Source: Nitrospirota bacterium (GTDB lineage Bacteria; Nitrospinota; Nitrospinia; SZUA-224). Taken from it: 54,490 nucleotides of DNA. How positions within the stretch are numbered: position 1 is the first letter of the stretch; the number at the start of each line of letters is the position of its first letter. The notes beneath the pieces are model-generated. The model did no database searches. It had not been told where the DNA came from and was given only the letters and a program-made list of their open reading frames with translations. Shown piece by piece: positions 17,234 to 27,500 of the stretch. A program made the translations under genes and the position numbers. The stretch spans positions 1 through 54,490 of the forward strand of contig QIDP01000088.1 in assembly GCA_003229375.1 (NCBI GenBank), given 5' to 3'.

Positions 17234-20200
17234 CTATCTCTCCCTCCATGAGATTACCTTATTCAATTTGAATGGCGGATCTGTCTGCAGCTTTTCAGAG
17301 CCCCCCCCGGTGGTCTGGGTATAGGGCATTATCTTACCATCCTCTAAAACAAGAAGGCTTATGTCAGAGGGAATACCAATCTGTTCAAGAGGTTTTCTCT
17401 TCCTTACTTTTTTTGTCCCGCTATTTTCAAAGACAGCTTCCTTATATGCCGTGCCGGTCTCATAATACAGGGCATACATGGCCCCCTCTCCTGAACAGGC
17501 TATGCCCTGGGCGCAGATATCAGTATACGGGGCAAATGTGGTAAAGAGGACCAGCCCGCCGAATACCACCGGCTTATTTAACGATCTCTCTGCAGAAAAA
17601 TTGCCATCTACCAGCGTTGCTGAACCCGGTTTCCGTAAATCTATGTACCATCCTTGTTTAGATGCTACAAATTCAATGAGTCCGCTAAAATTATTCACGT
17701 CTGATACATTTTTCACTGTTCCATCTTCGTATACATCCGCCCCTGTTGCATTAAAAAGATTACTTACAGAATTTTTACAGTCTGTAAATACGCCATTATT
17801 CCAACACGGCTCCTTTATACCATAGAAACTCTGTATACTTTTATCTCTCCTGTCATCGCTATTAAAGAACCTGCCGGTACCGAAATATATCCATAGGTTA
17901 TTATGGCTATCCATAGCCACATCCGGCGCAGAGGTTATTGCCTGCTGCTGACTATCACCTGTTTCAAACAGGGTTGATATACTCCACCCGGCAGGATCGG
18001 CATTATCCTTCATCAACACCCTGAGCATCTTGCTTCTCCACTTCTCATTTTCTCTGTAGGTCATACCTATGTAGCACACCTCTGTACCATACCCGCTATC
18101 AACCTTGAGATCAATATCAATACAAACAGGATCTGCCATAAAGGCGTTGTCACTCAGATTAAACCTCTTTTTCATTTCACCTGTCTTTAGATCCAGAACA
18201 AATATGCCGGCATTCTGATCACTGGTACCATCATAATCTGCAGGGCCTGATCCTGCAATCACAAACCACTTATTATCCACCTTTGCCACTTCGGGGTATG
18301 AGGTGGTAAAACCAAGTTCAGGATGTGTAAATTCCCATAATAGTTTTGGAGGATTGGCAGGATTTGTTATGTCGAGCGCAAAATAGGCCGAACTGAAGGT
18401 CTTAGGGGCTCCACTGCCATTAAAATCATCGATTTTCACTCCTTTTCCGCCAAACCTCATTCCGCCGATAAGGACTGTACCCCATCCATTTGGGTGGTCA
18501 TCACCGGCCGTGAATATACTTGCATCTATTACCCGGGGTTTCAGGTCCACATAATAGACATGGGTATAATTCGGGTCGCTCAGCCACTTGAGATGGGGAA
18601 GCAGGTTATAAGGTATATAGGCCCATAACTCCTCACCTATCTTATTACCTTCATACCATCCATACTCCCTTGTACTCTCTGTGCCCGGATCATCACCTTC
18701 ATGGAAAACCCCTGCTCTAAAAGCATGGAGCATCCCATCATTTGCGCCAACATAGACCACTGTTTCCCTCTCATGGTACTGTTTAAGAAACTTATAATAA
18801 CCTGTATCTCCATATCTATAGATATATCTTGCCATTGGCCTCCTCACAACCGCGGGTGTTGAATATATAATATCACCGAGCCGCCACACTGTCCCGGCAT
18901 CATCTATGGTCCTGTCCCTTAAACCGGTTACATCCTCTCCCCTTATGAAGTTTATTATATTCTTTGCTTCTGCATCGTCTGCTGCCCTGAGATATGGTTT
19001 AAGGGTTGAGGCATTGCCCTCTTTAAATTCTGTAAAGCCTGTAGTGCCTTCTATATAGGTATGTATATTCCTGGGATCGGCAGATATATCCCTATCCGCA
19101 AGCATCTTCCCTGCCTCCCAGATGGGACTAATATCATCCAGGGAAACTATCGTAGGTGAATCATTTGCAGGGTTGCCATCATTATCAACATCAACACCGT
19201 ATCTCTTAATCTCGGTTTCTTTAGCATCTTTATTGAATGAGAATTCTATTATCTTATCATTTGCCAGGTCCAGCCTTTTATCACCATTGTCTTCTCTTAG
19301 ATTACCGTATGGATCCACCCATAACGCCTGAAGATAGCCGAGCCAGTTTACCTCTTTTTCATCGATTATCTTTGAGGGCCGAAAATATGCATGGAATGCT
19401 GTCCCGCCACCACCTGAGTTTCCGACCACAACTAATGAGGTGCCGGACGCTGTCTTGATCTGTCTCCGGGTATCATTTATGGCACGTAGTAAGGCCTTTT
19501 CTAATTCCTCCCCGTCATTTGCCTCAAGATATACCCCGCCCCCATTCTCTGCTGCATCCTTAAGGAGTTGTACGGCCCTTTGTTCATCATCCTGCTCCTG
19601 GGAGAAGTTAAGAAATATGGGGAAAAGGATTATGTTCTGGTCTCCCCTGAAATCATCTTCCTTTCTTAAATCATTTGTATGTGCCCAGAGGGCTATATCA
19701 TCGAGCCAGTCAGATCCCTGTCTCTCCTGAATATTACCCGGATAGTCATCATCACTTCCAGGGTCATTCCCATCAATATCATTATCCTTAAAACCCGCTT
19801 CCCTGTCATCAGTAGATTGTCCGTCAGTGATAAATACAATAAAAGAATTACAGCAGGGGACATACTCGATTTCATCATTGTAATAATAAGGATCCCACGA
19901 CTTATTGACTTCAAAATCATCAGGATAATAAACCGGTTTTTCCTGTCGAAAATATCTGACCCCTTCGCGGAATGCCTCTGCCAATGGCGACCATGCCCAA
20001 CCGCTTGGCTCCCCGGGCTTTTGACGCTTCCTTTTCCCCCCCCTCCTATTACTTACCTGCCTCCTTTCTCCTCTGGAATTCCCTTCATAATCCCTGACCA
20101 CACTCTTACCAAACTCTATCCAGGTAACTATATCATCTATATGTGTCGTCTTATTCCCTGACCCATCCGTATATGTCTCATCCCCGAAATCCACCGGCAC

Positions 20201-21118
20201 TACGATCTTGCCGCCATCTGATACTGTGCATCTCCATGTATCTGCCCACTCTCCTTTTTCTGATCTATGCTCAATACCCCTACCGCTATTCGTGCATTCA
20301 TCTCCTGTCTTCCCGTGCCTGTCATGATTCTTACAAGCATGCGCCTCATCACTACAAACTGTCTCAACAGCCTGAACATTAAAAAGCTCGAGACCGAACC
20401 GCACCTTATCACCCATCCTCTGAATAATGCCCAGGGGATTGCCCTGATCATCGTAATCAGTTTTGGGGTCATTTGCTGCTGTAACCTCTATTTTATAAAT
20501 ATCTCCTTTTGTAAAGACCTCTTCTTTATTAATCACATCTGTCTTATTAACCACATACAGGCTGCCATCCTTTACCCCGAACCAAAGATCCAGGGTCTTA
20601 GCCTGATTCTCATAAGATTTTATGAATGCTGCGCCCGGATAATCCGGAGTATCCTTTTCTCCTATCAATATCCTCTGCCCCTCGCCGGAGCGTGTGTTTA
20701 CCTTACCACCTACAAGTACTTTCCTTGCTATATCTATACGCCTCATAGCAATCCAGTTCAGGAGATTTCCCTGCATCCAACCCTCTGTTGTTGTGCTGCC
20801 ATTATTATCCTTTGTAAAGAGGTTAAGGGTAGTGTCATAAAAGTATTTGCCTGCCGGATCCGGATCAAAGTAACCGGAGTAAGGCTCATCTTCCTTAAAT
20901 TTCTCCTGATCACCGCGTATAGGAGCATCGGGATCAGATTCATAATAATTGCCATATGCGGGCAAGAGCATACTCTTTGAGTTATCAAGGATTAGCAGGA
21001 CACTCGGCGTGGATTGACACAGGAAGGGGGGATAAGCAGTATGATCGGGCATGGTCTGAGCCAGGGTGTCAGATGGCAGAATAAGCATAAAGGCTAAAGC
21101 AGTTAAGATATGTTTCAT
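17234..21118 (-). CDS. pilY1: PilY1-like tip adhesin with N-terminal vWA domain (cassette C)
   Basis: Signal peptide; MIDAS LILDNSKSM ... FITDGQST; PilY1 propeller blocks VYVGANDGMLHAF, WAYIPYNLLPHLKWL, GWGTVLIGGMRFGG, SAYFALDIT. Confidence 0.9.
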   Translation of the reverse strand: MKHILTALAFMLILPSDTLAQTMPDHTAYPPFLCQSTPSVLLILDNSKSMLLPAYGNYYESDPDAPIRGDQEKFKEDEPYSGYFDPDPAGKYFYDTTLNLFTKDNNGSTTTEGWMQGNLLNWIAMRRIDIARKVLVGGKVNTRSGEGQRILIGEKDTPDYPGAAFIKSYENQAKTLDLWFGVKDGSLYVVNKTDVINKEEVFTKGDIYKIEVTAANDPKTDYDDQGNPLGIIQRMGDKVRFGLELFNVQAVETVCSDEAHACKNHDRHGKTGDECTNSGRGIEHRSEKGEWADTWRCTVSDGGKIVVPVDFGDETYTDGSGNKTTHIDDIVTWIEFGKSVVRDYEGNSRGERRQVSNRRGGKRKRQKPGEPSGWAWSPLAEAFREGVRYFRQEKPVYYPDDFEVNKSWDPYYYNDEIEYVPCCNSFIVFITDGQSTDDREAGFKDNDIDGNDPGSDDDYPGNIQERQGSDWLDDIALWAHTNDLRKEDDFRGDQNIILFPIFLNFSQEQDDEQRAVQLLKDAAENGGGVYLEANDGEELEKALLRAINDTRRQIKTASGTSLVVVGNSGGGGTAFHAYFRPSKIIDEKEVNWLGYLQALWVDPYGNLREDNGDKRLDLANDKIIEFSFNKDAKETEIKRYGVDVDNDGNPANDSPTIVSLDDISPIWEAGKMLADRDISADPRNIHTYIEGTTGFTEFKEGNASTLKPYLRAADDAEAKNIINFIRGEDVTGLRDRTIDDAGTVWRLGDIIYSTPAVVRRPMARYIYRYGDTGYYKFLKQYHERETVVYVGANDGMLHAFRAGVFHEGDDPGTESTREYGWYEGNKIGEELWAYIPYNLLPHLKWLSDPNYTHVYYVDLKPRVIDASIFTAGDDHPNGWGTVLIGGMRFGGKGVKIDDFNGSGAPKTFSSAYFALDITNPANPPKLLWEFTHPELGFTTSYPEVAKVDNKWFVIAGSGPADYDGTSDQNAGIFVLDLKTGEMKKRFNLSDNAFMADPVCIDIDLKVDSGYGTEVCYIGMTYRENEKWRSKMLRVLMKDNADPAGWSISTLFETGDSQQQAITSAPDVAMDSHNNLWIYFGTGRFFNSDDRRDKSIQSFYGIKEPCWNNGVFTDCKNSVSNLFNATGADVYEDGTVKNVSDVNNFSGLIEFVASKQGWYIDLRKPGSATLVDGNFSAERSLNKPVVFGGLVLFTTFAPYTDICAQGIACSGEGAMYALYYETGTAYKEAVFENSGTKKVRKRKPLEQIGIPSDISLLVLEDGKIMPYTQTTGGGSEKLQTDPPFKLNKVISWRER

Positions 21119-21672
21119 TATAATCCCCCTTCAATCTTCTTGCCGGATTGATAATTAATCTGCACATTGGAGCATGTATTGGCATCTCTGCTGGCTACAG
21201 AATCTATGGTAAATATTTTTACGGCAAACCTCTCGGGTGAGAACCCGGGTGCTATATGCACAAGAACATCTATATCAATATCCACTGGAACAGGACCTAT
21301 ATTGACCTGAATATCAGGATCAGAAATAACATCATCTGCAACAGTTTCGTTCCTGAAGGAAGGATCTTTTATTATATCATCTTTACTATTTACATCTATA
21401 TCTTTCTCTGTGCAATGCTGTATAATGTGGGAATCATGGTTTAGAATCAGGCATTTACTCAACTCGATACAGGCATCTGCCATATAGAAACACTCCTGGG
21501 CCTGTCTGTAATTACCGCTGATCCTGATATCGGTTGCAGTGACCATTATTGCCATTGTACCCAGGATAGTCAAGACCACCATTATGAGAAGGGCTATGAT
21601 CAATGCTGCTCCCCGTTCACCTGACAGAGTATTTTTTGAACTGAAAACCTCCTCTCTAACCCGGACTGTCAT
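21118..21672 (-). CDS. pilX: PilX-like minor pilin (cassette C)
   Basis: ERGAALIIALLIMVVLTILG...TDIRISGNYRQAQECFYMADACIE (PilX N-terminal pattern); AAGGAG Shine-Dalgarno; stop overlaps the pilY1 ATG by 1 nt. Confidence 0.8.
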   Translation of the reverse strand: MTVRVREEVFSSKNTLSGERGAALIIALLIMVVLTILGTMAIMVTATDIRISGNYRQAQECFYMADACIELSKCLILNHDSHIIQHCTEKDIDVNSKDDIIKDPSFRNETVADDVISDPDIQVNIGPVPVDIDIDVLVHIAPGFSPERFAVKIFTIDSVASRDANTCSNVQINYQSGKKIEGGL

Positions 21673-21705
21673 ATAATTTCTCCTTATTCACCTGAAAATC
21701 CCCTC

Positions 21706-21735
21706 CACGGACAAACAAGTTTGTCCATGCCACCC
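21706..21735 (-). repeat. REP family 1
   Basis: CACGGACAAACAAGTTTGTCCATGCCACCC on the plus strand. Confidence 0.9.
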
Positions 21736-21740
21736 ATCAA

Positions 21741-21983
21741 TTAATATGGTTATTGGTTATTGAGTTAACTCCAAAAGAGAGAAATCTTCTCCTCCCCCCT
21801 CACCCTAACCCTCTCCCCACAGGGGAGAGGGGATTAATTAATTAACTCCCTCCCCAAGGAGAGAGAGGAGATACAAGATGCCTTTTATTACCTCCTCTCC
21901 CCCCGGGGAGAGGATTGAGGTGAGGGGGACCTGTGAATCGGCATTCCACAAAAATTTCGGAATTAACTCAATAACCATATTAA
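21741..21983. mobile_element. second MITE type (21-nt TIRs, GC-rich hairpin core)
   Basis: TTAATATGGTTATTG[GTTATTG]AGTTAA ... TTAACTCAATAACCATATTAA; core holds three hairpins such as CCCTCTCCCCacaGGGGAGAGGG; right TIR contains the pilW-C stop codon. Confidence 0.65.
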
Positions 21984-22732
21984 TCTATACCCAGATTCCT
22001 CAGTTTCACATTAGCCGTGAGGGTTCTGCAACGAAACCCTGCGGGACAGTTGGGATCCATTACTGTCCAGTTGGGATCCGGCCTTGCTGTCCTGGCAGTA
22101 ATGGAGATTCTGACAAGAACGAGATAATCGTTTATAGTACCGGTTCCGCCCAACGCGGCAATAGTACCGGCTACAGTGTCACCAGGAACGTTGAAGACCC
22201 ACTCGTCATCATCCGGGATTGCCCCAATTTCAGTTATTATATCTCCATTAACATCAGGTCCATTAACATCAAGTCCATACATAAACTGCAACCCTATAAT
22301 ATTTTCTGCTAAAGGTTGTATCCTTTGCTTCCTGTTGCAGTCATTTCTGTTACCCAAAAAATTAGTTCGAAATATTGTGTTATTCGCAAAAGAAAAGGTA
22401 ATATCTTCATTGGGATCGCATGTATCCCCATCTGACACAAGCTCTCTTTGATTATTATACAGATCAGAATAAAAATGGATTGATGTGTTGTTTGTATTAT
22501 TTGGGTCAATTTGGGGTTGGGGGGATGTCTGATGGCCCGCCATCCTGACCTCCCGTATCATCAGATCCATTGCTGCCCTTGCGTTCTGATGCATCTCTAC
22601 TACCTGGTCCTGAACCGAATATGCCCTCTGCTGGGATATGAATACATCATAGGCCACCACGATAATGACCGCGCTAAGGGCAATTGCAACCATCAATTCT
22701 ATAAGGGTAAACCCCCTTTCATCCTGTATCAT
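21980..22732 (-). CDS. pilW: PilW-like minor pilin (cassette C)
   Basis: MIQDERGFTLIELMVAIAL...QQRAYSVQDQVVEMHQNARAAMDLMIREVRMAG. Confidence 0.85.
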   Translation of the reverse strand: MIQDERGFTLIELMVAIALSAVIIVVAYDVFISQQRAYSVQDQVVEMHQNARAAMDLMIREVRMAGHQTSPQPQIDPNNTNNTSIHFYSDLYNNQRELVSDGDTCDPNEDITFSFANNTIFRTNFLGNRNDCNRKQRIQPLAENIIGLQFMYGLDVNGPDVNGDIITEIGAIPDDDEWVFNVPGDTVAGTIAALGGTGTINDYLVLVRISITARTARPDPNWTVMDPNCPAGFRCRTLTANVKLRNLGID

Positions 22733-23193
22733 AATTCATCGCCTCCGGATAGCATGGTGGTTAATGTCACAACGTGAGCCCTCTGTATCCCCTGCCATCC
22801 TACTTCAATATCTATCCTCTTGCAGTCTCCAAAATCTTCTACTTCCCACTCTCTACGAAACAACCCATTAATTGGATTGTTAATATCTGTATGTTGATTT
22901 GGAGTAAGGTCATTGGCCGTATCAAAACGCAAAGCCATCAACTCCTCCATCTTATCCTGGGCCAGTATCGTGGCTGTGGTCATCTTATTACTGAAGGCAT
23001 TACCCCTTATCACACTCGTAACAAGGGATAATACAGACATCAGACCTATGATAAGAATAACAAGGGCTACCATGACTTCTAATAATGTAAAGCCCTTTTC
23101 CTCCTGTTTAGGGAAATTTTTTGTTTCGCGATAGGTAAAAATCGCAACTTCATCGGCCAGTACAAACGCTCTGAGCTTTGTATGATCTCGCAT
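22729..23193 (-). CDS. pilV: PilV-like minor pilin with a chimeric 34-aa leader (cassette C)
   Basis: Mature part FTLLEVMVALVILIIGLMSVLSLVTSVIRGNAFSNKMTTATILAQDKMEEL; leader MRDHTKLRAFVLADEVAIFTYRETKNFPKQEEKG is encoded by a MITE/four-helix-bundle gene fragment. Confidence 0.7.
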   Translation of the reverse strand: MRDHTKLRAFVLADEVAIFTYRETKNFPKQEEKGFTLLEVMVALVILIIGLMSVLSLVTSVIRGNAFSNKMTTATILAQDKMEELMALRFDTANDLTPNQHTDINNPINGLFRREWEVEDFGDCKRIDIEVGWQGIQRAHVVTLTTMLSGGDEL

Positions 23194-23246
23194 ATTTCTT
23201 CCTCACTATTCAGCTAAATACCTATAGACTAAATACCTGAGTTTAC
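23114..23246 (-). mobile_element. IVS-like MITE copy 3 (truncated, one TIR only)
   Basis: Degenerate TIR ACCTGAGTTTAC; internal part including GAGGAAGAAAT-ATG and about 80 nt of the four-helix-bundle ORF nearly identical to copy 1. Confidence 0.75.
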
Positions 23247-23292
23247 TAAAAATCAACAATAAAAAGAAAAAAGACCAAAGATATAAATATAC

Positions 23293-23307
23293 GCAAAATA
23301 TGTGCCC
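23293..23307 (-). promoter_or_regulatory. sigma54 -24/-12 promoter, cassette C
   Basis: Minus strand GGGCACATATTTTGC (GG-N10-GC); about 100 nt upstream of the ATG at 23193. Confidence 0.6.
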
Positions 23308-23644
23308 TCAATACACCTTTTCATCTGCAAAGGGGATGAGCCGGAATGGATATCTCCCTTTCTCTGCGGATTTCCCGACATGTCCCCTGTTATATCTATT
23401 TGTATTTACTATATAAAATGCGATTATTACAATAAACGCATTATAAATCTTGACGTGTCAGCAATATCCCCACCCTGCCTGATCCGGCAGGCGAGACATG
23501 CTTTTTATTTTAACAGATTGTGCAATTTGTTTCATACAACTATGAAACGAATTGCACACTGTATACTTTTTTGAATTTAGTCAGGTATTATTATTTTAAT
23601 TTAGAATTCAGAAATAATTAATTATACCACATAAGGCAGGAATA

Positions 23645-23694
23645 GGGAAGAAAAAAAGAAAAAAAGAAATTGTAAGCGTTCACAGAACGCTTAC
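23645..23694 (-). terminator. rho-independent terminator after the DUF4124 gene
   Basis: GTAAGCGTTC / GAACGCTTAC 10-bp stem overlapping the stop codon, followed on the minus strand by AATTTCTTTTTTTCTTTTTTTCTT. Confidence 0.65.
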
Positions 23695-24389
23695 TGATAC
23701 CCCTTCCACGTGATAAAGTATTTATATGATTTGACCTTTGTGAGGGGGGTGAAGGTCTCAATATTAAATTTTCCGGTCTCACCACCTGCCAGTACCCCCT
23801 CCTGCTTTGCCCCTGCAACCGGTTCATAGACCACATCTATGGTCCTGCCTGCAGAATCATAAAGGTGAAAGGTAATCTCGATATCACTCAAGGTATATCC
23901 GGTATTATTCTTTACCTTTCCGGACAAGAGGGCATTTCCGGATTTGTCCACCCCTGGAGACATCCCCTTGATTAGTGTAACCGCTCTGTTATCCGTGATA
24001 TCCTCGATATCGCCAATGTCCCCTGGCAAAAATTCTGTTCCCCGGGACGACTGATCCATTGTATTTACAGAGGTATCGCCTTCTTTATCCAGCACCTCTT
24101 TTTCAGGAGTCTCAACGGATCCGGATTGCGGCCGGCTGATCCCTTGTCTCTCTCCATTATTAGATGAAGGTGTATCCTTTATCTTGCTGCGGTATCTCTC
24201 CGGGATACCATAATAATCATCTGAATAATGGATATTCCCCTGATCATCAACCCATTTGTAGATATCAGAATAGACCGGGGATGAAAGAGAGATAATCAAT
24301 AGGGCAATAGTCAGGATGATATACGAAATTCGAAATTCGAAATTCGAAATTCGAAAATAACTTAATATCCTCTTCACGATCATGACCAT
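23691..24389 (-). CDS. secreted DUF4124-like protein with FxLYD-like C-terminal domain
   Basis: Signal peptide; IYKWVDDQGNIHYSDDY (DUF4124 pattern); ITFHLYDSAGR; N-terminus shared with the neighbouring pilY1 leader. Confidence 0.75.
   Translation of the reverse strand: MVMIVKRILSYFRISNFEFRISYIILTIALLIISLSSPVYSDIYKWVDDQGNIHYSDDYYGIPERYRSKIKDTPSSNNGERQGISRPQSGSVETPEKEVLDKEGDTSVNTMDQSSRGTEFLPGDIGDIEDITDNRAVTLIKGMSPGVDKSGNALLSGKVKNNTGYTLSDIEITFHLYDSAGRTIDVVYEPVAGAKQEGVLAGGETGKFNIETFTPLTKVKSYKYFITWKGYQ
24324..24358. repeat. heptanucleotide microsatellite (CGAAATT x4 plus 1 imperfect) inside signal-peptide coding sequence
   Basis: cgaaatt cgaaatt cgaaatt cgaaatt cgaaaat; encodes ...FRISNFEFRIS... 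Confidence 0.9.
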
Positions 24390-24577
24390 CCCTTTCTGAT
24401 TTGAAACTACCTTTTCAAAATTAGTTGATTAAGTTGATTAGTTGAAACTCTTTTCATTTTTTTTCTAATTTCCAATTTCAGTGTTCTGTGAACGCTTACA
24501 ATAAAATCTATTAACATACTCAACCAATCAACATTCTCCTATCTATTTCTCCTTCCACGAGATTACCCTGCTGTTTG
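24386..24577 (-). repeat. 192-nt leader block, copy 1
   Basis: About 96% identical (6 substitutions, 1 indel by eye) to 28352-28542; spans a pilY1 3' end, the intergenic region and the first codons of the next gene. Confidence 0.85.
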
Positions 24578-27500
24578 TGTTAATGGCTGTTCCCAGTGTC
24601 TGTTGCGTAATCTGTCCGGAACCGCCCTGAATAAATCCTGTCAGCCTTGATCCTGATCCGTTTGCAGCACCTCCACACGATACATCCAATGCCCCTGCAC
24701 CTCCGCCTCCGCCCCCAAGGGTCTCGCCGGTTCCCATGTGCAGACCTACCTGGGATGGGCTACCGGATCCCAGGGAGACCTTACTCAAAACCTTTTCATC
24801 ACCATCCGCATTTACAGTTCCAGGATCAGTACCCATGATAGATTCCTCATAGGCAGTACCTGTCTCATAATATAGGGCATACAGGTATCCGTCTCCGCCA
24901 TAGCTGCAGATATTGGTATCGGGCACAAAGGTGGTAAAGAGGACCATGCCACCGAACATCACCGGCTTGGTCAATGATCTCTCTCCTGATAGAGAAAAAT
25001 CTATATACCATCCATCCCCTGCTGCTATATCGTTAATAAGATCGTTAAAATTACCACCTGTACTTACTTCCCCGCCTTCGTATACAACCACATTTGATGA
25101 GTCATAAAGAGCGGTTATCGTATCAGTACAGGCAAATATGCTTCCATTCCAGCACTTCTCCTTTATACCGTAAAAGCTCTGACCATTTGTGTCTGTCTTA
25201 TCATCCGTGCTCAGGAACCTGCCTGTCCCGAAATATACCCATAGATCCTTATTACTATTCATGGCTGTTGTCGGGGCAGCGGTTATAGACTTACCGGTAC
25301 CTGTATCGTATAGAGTTGATACATCCCAGTTGGCAGGACTGGAATCATCCTCCATCGATATCCTGAACATCTTTCCCTTCCATGCCCCGCTCTCTTTATA
25401 TGTCTCACCTATGTAGGCCACCTCTGTAGCATAGCTTCCACCCACATCATTTATCTTGAGATCAACATCGACAGTAATAGGATCTGCCATAAAGGCATTG
25501 CTCTCTGTTCGATCAAATCTCCGTTTGAGTTCACCTGTCTTCAGATCGACTATAAAGATATGACCGGTCTGATCACTGGTACCGTCATAATCTGTAGGGC
25601 CTGACCCGACAATCACAAACCAATTATTATCCACCTTTGCCACCGCAGGGTATGACATGGTAAAGCCAAGATCAGGGTCTGTAAATCTCCAGAGAAATTT
25701 GGGACTCGATGGCACTGTTATATCGAGTGCAAAGTAGGCTGACCTGAATGTCCTTGCACTGCCGCTATTATTGAAATTGTTTATTGTTAATTCCCCTCCG
25801 CCAAACCTCATACCGGCAATAAGCACTGTACCCCATCCACCTGGATGTACACTACTATCAGGCGTAAATATCTTTGCATCTAATACCTTAGGGTTCAGAT
25901 CAACATAATAGACATGGCTGTAGTATTTATTGGTCAGCCATTTGAGATGAGGGAGGAGGTCGTAAGGGATATATGCCCATAGCTCCTCTCCTCTCTTATT
26001 ATTGCTATCCTCATACCATCCATACTCTGTCTCGCTGGTTCCGGATTTATCCCCTGCATGATAGATCCCTGCCCTGAAAGCATGAAGCATACCATCATTT
26101 GCACCAACATAGACCACTGTCTCTCTATCTTTATATAGGTTGCGGAAGTCTAAATAATCTTTGTCAGCATATATAAAGTCCATATTCTCCATGGGTCTGC
26201 CTACCACAGTTGGTGTTGAGTATATGATGTCACCAAGTCTCCACTCGCCGGCACCTATTGTTCTGTTCCGTAAACCGCTTATATCCCCTCCTCTGATGAA
26301 GTTTATTATATTATCTGCTGTATATAGCCCTGTATCATCTGCCCTGAGATAGGGTTTAAGGGTTGAGGCATTGGTATCTTTAAATTCTATAAAGTCTCCT
26401 CCATCTCCTGATGAACATGCTGCCCAGGCAGGCTTGCACCAATTATCCTCATTGGCATCAACAAAGGTATATATATTCCTGGGACTGGCAGATACGTCCC
26501 TCTCTGCAAGCTTCTTCCCTGCCTCCCAGATAGGACTAATAGCATCCAGAGATATCTCCTCGGGGGTACCGTCCGGAACACCATCACCATCACTGTCTCC
26601 ATATCTATTTATCTTCCCTGTAGTGTTATCAAATATTATGATTTTATCCTCGGTTAGTATCTGTTTCCCGTCGCCATTACTATCCTCACGAAGATTTCCC
26701 CCCGGGTCTACCCACAATGCCTGAAGATAACCCAGCCAGGCTACCCCATCCTTAGACGGCATAAAGTATGCCTGAAACACGGATCCCTCTCCACCTCCTG
26801 AAGCCGTTACAACAGAGGCAGAGCCTGACGATGCGCTTCGTTTAAAGATATCATCTATAGCGCTTAAGATAGCGGCCTCTAACATATCCCCTTCCTGCGC
26901 CTCAAGATATGTGTCCGGTATGCCGTCATTATCTGCATCCCATTCACTCTGAAGGTCGGGTGTATTAGTACTATTTTCATCAATGAAACCACCGTTCTTT
27001 GCAGCATCCTTGAGGAGCTGGGAACCTGAACCAAATGCAAATACGGCATAAAGGGTTATGTTCTGTTCTTCCGGATTAAGATCACTTCTCAGATCAGTGG
27101 TATGTGCCCAGAGGGCAACATCATCCAGGTAATCCGAACCATTACTACTATAAGAACCAGGGTCATTGCTATCGCCATCATAGTTCTGCTTAGCGGCCGG
27201 TATGGCTAAATCCTGTGTAGATTCCCCATCTGTAATCATAATGACAAAACTCTCGCAGCATGAAACTGTTGCCCCAATATCTGTAAAATAGTAAGGATCC
27301 TTGTATGAATCCGAACTAAGATCATAATCAGTCGTAAAATACTCTTGAGGATTATTCTGTTTAAAATACATTGCCCCTTCATAAAGGGACTCTGCTAATG
27401 GAGTCCATGTCTCTGGATGAAGGTTTTCTATACTATATACAAGATGCTTGATATGGGTTTGAGTTAAACCGTTATCTGTATATACAAAATCATCAAAATT

